A stretch of 63,872 nt of DNA from Aplysia californica (Eukaryota), in NCBI RefSeq assembly GCF_000002075.1, contig NW_004797938.1, positions 205,350-269,221 on the forward strand. The letters run 5' to 3'. Made by a program: the position numbers and the translations under genes. Each line of letters begins with the position of its first letter. Position 1 is the stretch's first letter. This document shows positions 50,994 to 63,872 of this stretch, in pieces. The notes below the pieces were generated by a model, which saw only the letters and a program-made list of their open reading frames with translations, ran no database searches and was not told where the DNA came from.

Positions 50994-53900
50994 TCAGTCG
51001 CTATCAGAAAAGTCGTCTGCACTGTCCGAGTCTGAATCCTTGGCCTCTTCCTGTGGTGCTGGCGCGCCTGATGGGGCCGGGGCGTCCGGTGTGCTGGGGA
51101 GGTACATGAGATACGTTGTAAATTTGGTAGGGAGCAAAGTCTTCTCTTTAATCTTTTTGCCAGCCAGTAACATAGGCATTAATTTTTCTTTGTTTCGTTT
51201 TCATGTTCCCTGTCCTGATTTTGGTGCCGATATTTGTAAGTTACATAAAAATGAGCCAACATGTACAAATTGTTATGCTTCAAGAAAAACAAAACAAGAA
51301 AAAGGGGATGCGATGATGATGATGATGATGATGATGAAACAAAGGTATTAATTATTCTCAAGCAGCTAAACTGATTTGCTTTCAGAAATATTGCTGAACG
51401 TCTTTTCCTTGTTTCAATTATCTATAGTGCACATTCAGTCTGGTGTGTATTCACATTCCAAGGTCTTTGAGAATCATCCACTATAAGATGCCATCTAATT
51501 TGTCCCTTTGTTCAATTAAGTCACACGCTAATAAAATCCAAAAACTTGTAGGTCCAATCCCACCAAAATATGTGCTCAAGAGTTACAGCATTTAGGATCA
51601 TTCCATTATACAGACTAGAACAGCTTCCTTCATCCTTTTTCCTTGATGAAATAAAGAATCTTGACAAGAAATTTTTTTTAAAAAAGCTCTTCTACTCACT
51701 CTAGTAACTCAGGGTCCAGGCCCGCTAATACCATCTTTCCTTTCACTGCTTGTGCAACAACCCCCTGGAAGTAAAGAATGACAAAAAAAGGTCAACACTG
51801 TATCAAGCAAACTTAGAAAGTAGAACACGGCATAAGAGAAAAATATGTAGGCTTCCTGTTGTCAATCTTTATAATGGGATAACTTGTTTAATTGAATACG
51901 AATAGTCGGGCACTTGATACTTAATATTCCTGACTGAATAATGACTGATATTGATATTCATTCAAAAAAGTTTTTCGCAGGTAACTTTAAAATGCTTATA
52001 TATTTGCTTTCTACTGTGCGCAGAAAAAATACTTTTCCAATACAGACTTACAAAGTACTCATTACTGTTAGCTTGATATATATATATATTTTGCTTCAAA
52101 CGAAATGTTCATTTAACTTTTTATTTCTGCAAATTTTTGTAAACAGTATTTTGACAATAAAACATGGGCAGAAAATTTATCGACATTGACGATTAAAAAA
52201 CAACAACACAGGCTTACAACTCTGAGCATCTTGAAAAATGGCATATATCTTGGGTCTTGAGACACTGTGTTCTGTGGGGGCGCTTCTTCTACTGGGGGTG
52301 CTGGAGCTGCCTCCTGGAAAAAATTTGTGAGAGTAAAATTGTGATAATCGTAGTCATTACTTCAAATAAAAGACTTACACGACCTCATAATAACTATTTT
52401 ATGTCCTGGCAAATTAATTCCTCTTTGGCATTTTATTCCCCTCCTAAAGCACATCCAAGACTGTAAGATGATAGTCCCATGACACTATCAAACATTCTGT
52501 GTATAATGGTTGTTGCCATGTACATATTCACAACAGGAAAAACTGAGATTAATCAGGAGAAACACCTTTCTACAAGTGACTACATCCTATCTGCCGAAGC
52601 AAGGAATCAAACCTATAACCTTTCAATAATTAACCCAAAGTCTTACCACAAGACCAGCAAGCCAAGCTCCACCCCACAAAAAAAGATGAGAAAAGTTGAC
52701 CACTATCAGGAACAAAGTAATTTTGGGAAGAGAGAAGCAAATTCATGGCATGCCTTTACACTGGTCTGAGAATTTCTCTGACATGAAGCCAATGAGGAAG
52801 AGCTTTATAAGAAGGGAAAATGTTACTTGACAAATCAGAAAAAAACCCAACTTCGAGGAAGTTCTATTGTATATATTTGGATTTCATTTAAATTCAATTC
52901 CACCAGGCTTGCCTTAATCTAATGAAATATTTCAGCAATATTGTAATGTATTCCTGAGAATCATGTAAAACAATTTTAAAAAAATAAATTTGGACCTATT
53001 TACTCAATGAGAAATAAATATTGATGATACTTAGATCTTTTTTTAATTCATACCCCAATTTTGATGTCTGATATTTCTGAAGTTTTTATAATTTAAGTAG
53101 AATCCAAAGTGCTATCTCTGACAAAAGGTGTGTCTATGAAAAGAAGAAATATGGTATTGACAATGCCCCCCCCCCCCCCCGCCCTAAAAAAAAATAATTT
53201 TTTAATGGAAAAAAAACCAGAAGAAAAATAAGATGTTAAAAAATAATCGAGATGTGTGATGATATAAGACATCTAAAAATAAAAAAATCCTCACAGCAGC
53301 AGGAGGTGGGGGAGGTCCACTATCAGAAGGTGGTGCTGGTGGTCCTGATGGTGCAGCTGCTGCTGCGGCGGGGCTTGCGTCTGTTGCCGGAGCAGAGCTA
53401 GCACTGGACTGAGGCGCTGTGACCGATTCCAGACCCGGTATGGAAGACAACTGAAAATACACATGTGTACATCTTAGTCTTCTATGAACAATATATTATA
53501 ACAAGCATATATCACAATGCTTCCAAGAAGAATATCAAAAATAGAGAATCCGCACAAAGCACACCTATATATCTATACATCCTTTTACTTTTTTGTGTAT
53601 TTCTCTTGATTACATTCTAAGATTAAAACTTTTTTCAAACCTCAACATTTGAATTCCCATTCCCCCTACTACACCCATAACTACACCCCCCATTCAACAA
53701 TGAAACCCTCATGTAGAAAGAAAGCTTAGATGTAACATTTAGCAAGACTACAAAGAAGACACATGTTCTGACTCCTACCAAAAAAAAAGAGCTTTGACTT
53801 TTCCTTTGATCCTTATCTTGATTTCTACAACACTTAAAAACTTAAAACACTTACTTTAACTTTTATAACCTTTCCTTTGATCTTTACCTCATCAACTTCC

Positions 53901-55997
53901 ACTTCTATAAAACTTTGGCAACAAACACTTCCAATTTTTACAATACTTACTTTCGCTTCAACTATGCTCAAAGAAATCTCAAGCTGTTGTAAACGTCCAG
54001 AAAGATGCTCCAATTTGTCCTCACATACACAGGAGAAATGGTTGAGGAACCTTGCTGTGTGTGTGACAAAGTGATTTATGAAAGCAATTGTTCTCTTTTG
54101 GTTTATCGCCTCAACCTGGAACAAACATTAAAAAACAAACAAACAATTAAAGCAAAGATTACTGAGATTTGTTATGTTTCTATACATCTCCAGCACATTT
54201 TATTTCCATATAAAGCACTTCCAGCTCTTACGTTAAAAAGCTACTTTCAAAATTTCTTCCCTGGCCAGATATCAACATTTAAAAAAAAGGAACATGAAAT
54301 TTTTTAAAATGGATAATGGAGAACTTATGCTGACCACATCATTTGACAAATCTCCAGGGGTCTAGATCGCAAGCAAAGTTACGAAAGAAACTTAACTTTT
54401 AAGGCGCTCATAACGTTTTAAAAAAACGTCAAAATTTTAATGCACAATTGCCCACACATGTTTTAGTGTTTTTTCCCATCAAAATTCAGTATTACCGACG
54501 AGAGATGTAGGGGAGAGATGTAGGGGAGAGATGTAGGGGAGGGAATAGGCGGGAGGGGGGATTAGGTGGGCTTCTTTTCTTCTTCACATAACATTCTGAT
54601 TAACAAATAAACGCTGTAAAAATAGAAAACTCGGTTTGATTTGCGATAGGAGAAAGAAAGGTCTCAAAAGAGAGAAAGGAAAGAGGATATTTAAGGTGAG
54701 AAAGAGCGAGAGAAGGCGACTGAGCGGGACGAGAGGTGAACGGGAGAAAAGAACGAAAGAGATATTTAAGGAAAGAGTGAGGAAAATGAGAGAAAGAGAT
54801 GGAGAAAGAGAGAGTAAGGCAGAAGCAGAAACGATCCTGTCTCCTTGACGGTCACCTACAAAATATAAAAGTTTGATCAAAATTTTTACAGGAGCCCACA
54901 CGCACATAAAAAACGCCCCTTTAGAGGCTGAGGTAGGTTTAAATAATTTGTGGATCGACAATATTTCTAAATCCTTTTGTTTGACTGGTATCTTGATATT
55001 TGGTGAAAAATTGATTAATTATCTCCTTCAAGGTACCTAAACCCCTAAACTTTGGTGGACATACGCCTTCTTTAAGAGTACTGTCAGTATAATAAGAGTC
55101 AATTCAAGCTTCTGCAGTGGAAGATAGTTGCAGATATTAAATACTTATTTATAGAACTTGTACTGTTCTGTGTGAGGTGATAAGGGCTTCAAATGAACAA
55201 GTGGTCTATACCGCGATTGTGGCATATACAGGCCTGTAAAAATTATGTCATTATTGGCAATCTAGTCAGTTTCAGTTTCACTTCCTGAAAGGGTATATAA
55301 CGTTTTTAATTTTAAAATTCAAAAGCACAAGGGAAATATTTAATAAGTCTATTACATTGTACATTTGAAAACAGATATATTGCAGATATAGTTATAGCTC
55401 ACAAACTTTTTTCTTGGTTTTGATTTAAATTTGTAAAAGGCACTTACTTTTTTTTGGGGGGGGGGGGGGGGGGGGGCAGGGCCATACTAGTTGGTGGGTA
55501 ATGTCAGTGTAAGAAGATGGGTTATCAAGTAGCCAATGAGTAGAATGTCATAAATTGGCTCTGTATTTGGGCCTGGCTTCCACTCATGGGAATGGCTCAC
55601 TTCTTTGCAAATGAAGTTAAAAATTATGGATCTGTTTTGTCCGACTAGTGTGAGCATCATATTGAGAACATAATAACCAGTTCGTGAATTGTACTTGTAC
55701 AGTCAGCACATGTAGTCCAGGCATGCCAAGCCCCACAATTGGCACCATTGGGATATAATACAAACTAAACATAAAGGCAGGTCTCAAGATAAAAACTTAG
55801 CTTGAGCATACAATGATACAACTAGGCTTGACAAGTTTGGGCAACTTAGGGTCTTATTAGGGTCACTTGGGCATACACGCCCACTATTTGAAGATTTCCT
55901 ACATTCACTGTTGTCCTCTCCTCTTGCTCATTTATCCCTGTTTTACCTTTGTATAGTCAATCCCTGGCCCAACAAGAGGCAGACCATCAGAGTCCAT
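50994..55997 (-). CDS. WASHC3: WASH complex subunit 3 (CCDC53), 6 exons, 210 aa
   Basis: Exons 55997-55947 (MDSDGLPLVGPGIDYTK), 54115-53951 (VEAINQKRTIAFINHFVTHTARFLNHFSCVCEDKL...IVEAK), 53450-53295 (LSSIPGLESV..., Pro/Ala-rich), 52313-52218 (...SQDPRYMPFFKMLRV), 51764-51700 (GVVAQAVKGKMVLAGLDPELL), 51093-50994 (TPDAPAP...DFSDSD*). 633 nt with consistent phases. Matches recalled CCDC53 motifs (MDEDGLPL-GSGIDLTKV-AI-QKRT; DPRY--Y-KM---GVP--A---KM---GLDP-LL--PDAP). Confidence 0.95.
54499..54541. repeat. 13-bp tandem repeat (GAGAGATGTAGGG)x3
   Basis: Direct reading. Confidence 0.85.
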
Positions 55998-56528
55998 GTC
56001 AAAGCTGAGAGTCAACGGTCTATCTTGCAAACGAACTTCTGTGATTAGCCAGCCCAACGATACATAAACACTGAGGTAACGCTTCGGCCAGCTTGGAGAG
56101 TGAGCGAAAGGGAAAGTAGACGATCACGAGACGGAAGTAGGTGTTTACAAAAAGGTGAAGGTCTTATGATGTCATTCTCCTGGAAAATCCAAAAGTATAA
56201 GACTGAACTTGGGACAGAATAACGAAGTGAAAAAACCGATGCGTAAAATTAATTCTTACTATTTTCATCAAGAGAAAAAACCCAGGGAAAATACAGTAAA
56301 TTTTTCATTTATAAGGATAAATTTATATTGGTATAATACAATGTTTAGTTAAAATTGGAATCTATTATATCGAGAATTTAGTCGTGTCCCATAGCGCCCC
56401 CTATGATCTGGGCAAAACAAAATGTTACCCTGTTGTGTTTAGGATAGCATGAAGACATGTTCGAAGCAGTGAAAGACATAGAGCTCATGGAAATAAGAAG
56501 AATGACTTGAGATAATAGGACTGTAGGC
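55998..56528. promoter_or_regulatory. Putative bidirectional promoter between WASHC3 and DENND5
   Basis: Divergent ATGs only 531 nt apart; ETS-type CGGAAGT near 56132; no obvious TATA box. Confidence 0.65.
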
Positions 56529-59500
56529 ATGGCTGTTCAAGAGAAGTCGAGTAGATTCATAGATTACTTTGTAATCTGTGGACTGGATGAGACATGCGAG
56601 TTGGAACCGGACAAACTGTCAGGTATTTCAGGGTGTTGGCACTGATCTCTTTCAGACTCTACTTTCGATGCGGTCAATAGTCATTCATGTCATAGCAGTG
56701 ACTTTTATGTTTTGTGTTTGAGATAGCATTGGTATGTTAAGATGAGAAAAAGTTGTTACGCCCAGAACGTAGGGCTGAGCTCTTAGTTAACAGCCTCACA
56801 ATTGAACCATATTGTCATTGTTCACCCAGCTCATCTTTCCAGTCTCCTGCCTTCATGCCTTTTTTTTTGTGCCTGCCTTGCCAAGCCTGCTGCTACTTTT
56901 GTATCCTGTCACAAGTCAAGTGTCCATCCATTTTGTCATGTCAAGTGGTTTTCAAGTGTTGACAGAGGGAAACACTGAGATATATGACTTTGTGTTTCTA
57001 TCTGCCTTACACTTACTTTACACTTGTGAAAAAACGTTGTAAAGGCCTGTGCAATCCCTGCAAAAATTTGTGATGGTGGTCTTAGATCGGCCTCTCATCT
57101 GCTATGATGATGACAACGACTGAAGATTTAAAATGTTATTTGCATGTTCAGATGGTTTCAACAAAACAAAAAAGTCATTTTCAGCTTTTGCATTGAATGG
57201 AATTTATGACAATTGGAGTTGGGTTAAACAAAAAGGCGTCATGGAGTCCGAATAACATTTTTTCATTGATATTCGGACTCAAGTCTGAATTTAAAAAATC
57301 TTATTCGGACTCAAGTCCGAATATGGAAAAATGTTATTCGGCTCGGGTCCGTAAAAAAAGGAAGTGTATTCGTTCTATAGATCTATCGTTCAGTGCTTCC
57401 AATTTTCCGCCATTTTTTAGTTTCCCCCACACCTTTTCTGCCGATCCAATAATGCCCGCCGCCTCATTGATACGCCCCACCCCCCATGTTTCCCACTTTC
57501 TTTGTTGTAGATAAAGGTAAAATTGAAGATTAGCAGACCACCTGGCACCTGCACATTATGAGCTGTGTAAAAAAAAAAAAGACCGATTCGTTCAAATACA
57601 CAAGCCTGTGTCATCTCGATTGTTTACCAAGAAAAAGTTGTGTTGCTGTGTAGAGCTGAGCATACGGCAACGTTTGATTCCATAGACCAGCGCACAATTC
57701 ATACGTAGATCTACATCAAGACTAGCCTTATTATTGTAATAATGATCAGTTGCCGGGGGGAGGGGGGGGGAGACTGACGCGTATGCGACGTTCAACACCC
57801 GGACCGATAGTGCCCCTCCCCGACACGCACACACAGCCACACGTGTGCTGGCCACCCATCCGACCCCGACACATGCTAATGAGCCATCTTTAATTGCTTC
57901 TGATGACCTCTTGACAAATAAACATTTATTAGAAGGGCTATAATTTTTCAGGCCGGCCTCAAATTCATCATAAAATAAAAACTCGGCTCCTGCACAATTT
58001 AACGCCATTTTGCCCGAATTGATCCCGGTCTCTACCCAGCCTGAGGCGAGTCACGAGTGAGGCAGGACAGGAAGCCGGAGTCACGAGTCACAGGAAGTCG
58101 GAAGTGATGTCATGCTGGACAAGAATCAGAGTCCGAATAACATTTTTTCATATTCGGACTCGAGTCCGAATAGTCACTTCGAAACAAAAATACAACCTTA
58201 ATTATTTTACTCTTTCCGGACGTATCGCTGATATATCGGCTCGAGTCCACACCCCTTGCGGACGTATCGCTGATATATCGGCTGTGATAGGGTACCTCAG
58301 TTTTGTTTCGTTTTAACACGATCCGTCATTCTGGTTTCACTTTATCAAAGCGTGGCTTTGGAGAAATAAGTGTGAATTAGATCTTGCGGTCTTGCATCAA
58401 CAAAACGATGTAACCGGACTCAGTATAAATTTCATCTAAAACAAAAACTGGAATATTGCTTTCAAATAAAAAGCTATCTATGCATTCAGAAATTTATGGA
58501 TTATGCTCTGGGTCCGCATATAAGAAGAAACTATACTGATTTGCTTTCACATGTTTGGTGAATGTAATTTCTTCCATCAAAATTTATTTTTCTCATCACC
58601 ATCGCCATTTCTAACCCTTCTAATGCGTATATTTATCATGTTCAAAATTAATCCTTTTTTCATATTGGGATGTATTCTTCATTCAATTTCTTTCAATTTG
58701 ATATATTCATATATATATGTTACGTTTTGAGTGATGGTTATTATGCTTCAATGAAGTATTAACCTGCATAGCCAAATCGAGCCACCAGTTAATAATGTTT
58801 AGTCCCCATAAAAACTACGTCTGGAAAGAGTTAAAGCTCGATTATATAAAGTCACTAGATCTAGATCTCTTGCTTGCTCCTTCTCCTGGCAGAACAGTGT
58901 GTATGCTTGTTTGACAACACAATGCCCCATCACGTAATAAAATTATAAAAAGGTTATTAAAGTGTTAAATGACTTTTTTTGTGTGAAATTGCTCAGTAGT
59001 GAGATTTCTACTTTCTTGGTAACACAATGTTTACATTGAACCAAAGTAGAGAATGATTGTGTACTAGTAGAAATTAGCTGTTTTTCATACATAAATGTGG
59101 TTTAATTCATGTCTTGAAAACTTTCAGGAGACCTTCAGCAAAGCCCACCGCTGGAACGTCGGTACAAGTCAAAAGTTCTTGCCCATTTTCCTGAGTCGTT
59201 GCCATCGAATCCTTTTGACGAAAATGCAATTGGAATGGTATATTTTAGTATATTTTGACACATTAAATTACTGATTAAATTTTAACATTGATCAGATTTT
59301 TTAGCTTGTAAACTTTCAAGGCTATTCGGTGCTGGTTTTGGTTTAGTTGAAGGTCTACCAGGATGTTTCTGGTTTAGTTGATGGCCTACTGCAGAACTGA
59401 GATCTGACAACTTGTGACAAGGATCAGTTTACATATCTCTGATTCAATAGAAAGGTTGGTCCTTAGAAGGACTGTACTGTTCATGTTTTAGTGGTAGTAG

Positions 59501-62500
59501 TTTTACATTATAATCCATCTTGTCATTGTTGGGTTTGGGACTGTCATTGGCCATGTTGAAATTGCTTTGATGATTGTAGTTTATCGGGGGAGGGGGAGGG
59601 TTATTGTTAAGTTTCATTGAAAACAAAAAGATCCTGACCCCAAAAGTTTTTCAACTTTTTTTAATAGAAAAGAAAACCCTACCACCAGTTAAGAAGATGT
59701 GTATTTTTCTATTATAATGTTTATGTTAAGCTAAGTAATATTCGATTGAAGCACCTACACCTTAATGATACTGAATGTATTTTTTTTTTTTTTTACAGTT
59801 GTGCCTGCCTAGGGGTCTTTCCTTCAAGACACAGAGAGATTCGAGGCAGCCGAAGTTTCACTCCTTTCTTATCACGAGAGAGGACGGGTCTCGAAGCTAT
59901 GGGTCTGCCCTGGTGTTTTACGAGGAGGTCAGCACCAAGGCGGTGGTGGACACGATGCAGACATTGTACGTCATGCACCAGGCCAACACAGTGGTCAAGT
60001 TTTCGCTGGATAGCCCAGAGCCTGTGAAGAAGATCTTGTCTGATCGGAAAGAGAAGCAAGGCTCGTTCGATGCCAATAGAGATCGGCTGTATGTCAGCAA
60101 ATGCATTTGCCTTGTCACACCCTTACCATTTGTAAGGTGAGAGATGCTGGTAGTGATTTAGTTTTAGGTTAAGGAGGATAGGATTACCTGTCCTACTGGG
60201 AGATTTATCATGAGAGTTCAGTTTGTAAAGTGAGAAGGTTGGCTCGTATCATTGATTAGGTTACTTGTGTATTTATGTTTATGTTTAATTGTTTTTGTCA
60301 GTACTGGGGGGATCAAAGTGAAATCAATATAACATTAAACTGTATTTTTTATGTGAACGGCTTCATGGCTACACCCAGAGCTCCCGGACCTGGGAAATCG
60401 AGGAAATAGTATATGGTTCAGAGTTATAGTGCACATATTACAAATTAAGATTTTTTGACCTTGTTAGGTGGTTTAAGAGTTTCATTCATGGAAAAGATTA
60501 TATTTGTTGGGTGCTGCCAGAAGCCACAGAACAGATTAAATGTGTGTAGTATCTGTAAGTCAGGTATCAGCATGGTCTGGAAAAATCCTTAAGCATGAAA
60601 ATCTCTCATGGATTTATTTAAGATGGACATTATAATTTAAAAAGTTATTTTTTTCAAAATGTTTCTATTGTACAGGTCATGCCAACTGTACCTACAGCAG
60701 ATCTATGAAGCGTCGCAAAAGCCAAGCGAAATAACCTTGACCCTGGAGTCGTATGTGTTCAACCTGATCTACGATGTGCCGTTGCCGCCGCCCGGGAGAA
60801 GCATGAAGTTCTTTGCGTGCTCGAATCCGATCTACGTGCTCAGGCCAAGTGAGAGTTGTGTGCATTCTTGAATCCTGTTTATGTTGTTCAGGTCTCCTAG
60901 TCTACCCGTTTTTGTTTTGAGCAACATGCTTTTTGGGAGTTTTTTTTCTCCTCTCACAATTCTGTCAACATCCTTGTGTAGCAGTAGTTGCTTGGTGGGT
61001 TGGAAGGGGTGGGGGCAGGGATTGGTGCGGTCTGCTTCCATATTTTATAAATATTTTACCGCTGGCTTAGTCTCTAAGCGAAATGTGGCCATTTATGAGC
61101 TTCCTCATGAATAAAACAACTTCTAAAAAATGTTATGAAAGAGGTTGGAGTGCACCATTGGTAGGTGTTGCTTCTTTTCTGTCCTTCTGTAGTTTCTGTC
61201 TTACTTTTTCTCTGCAATTAGTAAGTGCTATTGTGTCGACTCGCTTGTTCTTTATTCCGACTCAGATGTCAAATATGACAATGGTTCTCTCAGGTGGTAG
61301 GAGGGGGGGGGGGCTATTGTTGTTTTTGTCTATCTGCCTTGCTTCTTCACTGCACTATTCGACCGCTATTTCCTCAATGTGCTTTAGTTTTAGTTTACTC
61401 CAACTCGAAACTCTCTCAGGTGGCGGTGAACTCCCGATGTTTGACTTCTCGCTCTACGACATGTTCAAGCTGCTGGGCGTGGACAACATTGTGGACATCC
61501 TAAAGTGTGTCCTGCTGGAGCATCAGATTCTGCTCTACTCGTCAGGTAACTGTCGTGGTCTTAAGCTTCAGTGCTGTGGCTGGTTGGCTGGTGCTTAGGA
61601 GTTGGTGGTTGGCGGATGCTCTGGTGCGGTTTGCTTCTTCTTTCCTATCAAACATCTAATGTCCTCATCTCTCCTCCTTCTTTTTTGTGTTTGTTACTCT
61701 CTTGTAACACCTCTAATCTTCAGCACTTGTATAACCTTATTGTACGGCAAGTGCCGTTAAACACTTACGAAAACTAAATCTGGTGCTTGGATGTGGTTTG
61801 CTCCTTCTTTCCTGTCAAACATCTAGCGTCCTTATCTCTCCTCCTTCTTTTTTGTGTGTTTGTTACTCTCTTGTAACACCTATAATTTTTGGCTCTATAT
61901 GACCTAGTTGTGTTGCAAATGTAGTAAAACTTTATGATAGCTCCACAGCTTTTTTACTGTAGGCATGATGAAGTGCAAAAAGTGGAGGATGGTTGACGTG
62001 TATTCTGATGGGTTTGCTCCTTCTTTTCTATGAAATGTCTATAGTCCTTATCTTATCTCCTTCTTTTTTTTTGTATGTTACCTTCTAGTAGTAACACCTC
62101 GAAGTGCCTGGTTCGCGAGTGCTCTGATATGGTCTATTTCTTTCCTGTCGAACATTTATCATCCTTATCTCCTCTCCTTTTTTGTGTTTGTTACTCTCTT
62201 TTGACACCTCTAATCTTTGGAGCTCATATGACCTGATTGTGGTGCAAGTACTGTAAGACTCTTACTAAAGCTAAAAAGCTAAAACAAACACCTCTATTCT
62301 TCAGCACCCATATGACCTGTTTGTGTTGCAAGTGGTGTTAAACCATACTAAAGGGTAAAGTGGTCGATGTTTGTGCATGCTGCTTTTGTAATGTATGGTG
62401 CAGTCAGAGAAGGCTATCATTTATATTATTTTTTAATCAAAACACTTTCATATCAAATTCATTTTTATTTTGAGGTCTTGATATTTATGTTGATAATTCT

Positions 62501-63872
62501 TTATGAATGGGTGGAGGGCACCACATCTTTATCCCCCCAACCCTCTGGTGAGTGTTTCTGTTTGTCAGTCTTGCTTTTTAACAGCACTGAATGACCAGTA
62601 CTGTGTCGATGTGATTTTCTTTACTCGCTCGCAAACACAAAAAGAACATGCATGTCTTGCAGACTTCCAAGTGTTAAAGCACAAAACTGTCTATTTTCTC
62701 ATTCCTTTACGTTGCGCACATGTCCAATGCCCAACCTCCCCCTTTTCTGTTTGGTTTCAGATTACCAGCGGCTGATGCTGGTGGCAGAGGGCGTGTCGGT
62801 TCTGGCGTTTCCCTTCCAGTGGCAGCTCGTGTACGTTCCCATTCTCCCCGCCTCCATGCAGCATTTCCTGGACGCCCCAGTGCCGTTCATTATGGGCCTT
62901 TACCGACCGAGAAATTCGGACAAGTCTCAGCTTGTGTTGCCATCAGAGGTAGGGGATATGACTGCTTGGTGTGTTAAAGATCATAAAATGGTTGATAATT
63001 CATTTTTTTCTCTGTTCATTATTTCATCAAAGAATTTACACTTTTGTATATGATGCTTTTGTTATATTCATTGCAGTCAGAGAATAGCAGTGGCAATGGC
63101 TTTACTTTTAGGCTTTTAAAATTTTTTTTGAAATTCAACCATGTGTTTATAAATTACTTTCTATTTGAGATTTTCTTGTTCATTTTGTAAATAGAACAGG
63201 TAGGGGACATGACTGTGCTTGCAGTACTTTGATGCACAAAGATCACTGTGATGCTTATTAATTCATTTTTCTCTATTTCGTCAATGAAATTAGCCTTTAC
63301 AGAACTTAGCTTGCTTTTGAGATTTCTTTGTAAATTCTCATACATTTACTTGTACATCACTTTCAGTTAGATGTTTTGTTCTTCATTTGCAATAAGTTAC
63401 ACAGTACTTCAACAGTGAGTGGTTGGAGGGTACCTCTTTTAAGTTCTCCTTCTTTCTCTTTCTCTCTGTTGTTTCTATCCCTGCACTATATGACCTTTAC
63501 TGTATCAGCGTGTTTTTCTTTTCTCAAACGAAGACAGTACTTTAACTTTTTCCCCGCCCTCATTTTTGTGTTCTTCCCCCTAGGCTAACATGTGCTTTGT
63601 GGACATAGACAACAGAGAGCTGGAGGTCCCTGAAGATTTGCCCACATTTCCTTACCAGTCTGATCTGAAATCGGAGCTCACACAGGTGTTGAATAAATAC
63701 CAGACCCTGATTGGAGCGGAGAAAATGTGTCGCAGTTATCCCACCACGCCACGTCGGGATTCGGGTCCAAAAGCGGGTCAGACATTACGTCCGGACGAGC
63801 AGTCGACGGCGGGTAGCTGGCCCAATTCCCCCAAACGGAAAGATGTCCTCCAGCAGAGTGAGGCGTGGAAAA
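56529..63872 (+). CDS. DENND5: DENN domain-containing protein 5 (Rab6IP1-like Rab GEF), 5' part (uDENN/DENN); continues beyond the window
   Basis: Exons 56529-56622 (MAVQEKSSRFIDYFVICGLD...LEPD), 59128-59237 (YKSKVLAHFPE...NPFDENAIGM), 59799-60136 (LCLPRGLSFKTQ...FHSFLITREDGSRSYG...YVSKCICLVTPLPFV), 60676-60848 (LESYVFNLIYDVPLPPPGRS), 61420-61545 (ELPMFDF...VLLEHQILLYS), 62761-62948 (YQRLMLVAE...FPFQWQLVYVPILPAS...FLDAPVPFIMG), 63584-end (ANMCFVDIDN...VPEDLPTFP). Phases are consistent and the motifs match DENND5A/B. Confidence 0.93.
57241..58285. mobile_element. Probable DNA-transposon-derived segment in DENND5 intron 1 with palindromic repeats
   Basis: gagtccgaata/tattcggactc hairpin repeats at 57244-57345 and 58128-58172 in inverted arrangement; direct repeat cggacgtatcgctgatatatcggct twice. 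Confidence 0.45.
61600..62350 (+). repeat. Tandem cluster (~4 units) of a dispersed ~180-bp repeat, probably a LINE-tail derivative
   Basis: Repeated tttttgtgtttgttactctcttgtaacacctctaatctt...atatgacct. Dispersed copies at ~5190-5345, 6015-6190, 17460-17620, 18570-18730, 38250-38420, 39195-39345, 39665-39840. Confidence 0.7.

Noticed and set aside
57244-58283. CRISPR-like palindromic repeats
   Set aside because: Eukaryotic intron, irregular spacing, inverted arrangement, no cas genes.

Overview
This is eukaryotic (animal) genomic DNA from a gapped, microsatellite-rich draft assembly. It is probably a mollusc or another invertebrate, but that is an impression and cannot be proven from the sequence. 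Most ORF-track entries are spurious; the real genes are spliced. (1) Positions ~1-44.1 kb hold an amplified array of near-identical, 5-exon, secreted apolipoprotein D-like lipocalin genes (211 aa). Three complete copies and one fragment lie on the minus strand, and two copies lie on the plus strand, head-to-head with the first group. (2) An intact 6-exon WASHC3/CCDC53 gene sits on the minus strand (50994-55997). (3) The first seven coding exons of a DENND5 (Rab6IP1-like) gene run on the plus strand from 56529 to the window end, divergent from WASHC3. The main hidden structure is the ~9 kb amplified unit. It contains the lipocalin, its downstream DNA and a decayed copy of the 3' end of the neighbouring WASHC3 gene, so the array appears to have originated from a breakpoint inside WASHC3 intron 4. 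Lipocalin exons are almost identical between copies even where the introns are strongly diverged, and the copies are mosaics of one another, which points to exon-centred gene conversion. SINEs, RTE and I-group LINE remnants and MITEs act as lineage markers. True copy number is uncertain because of 100-N gaps and probable haplotype or assembly redundancy.
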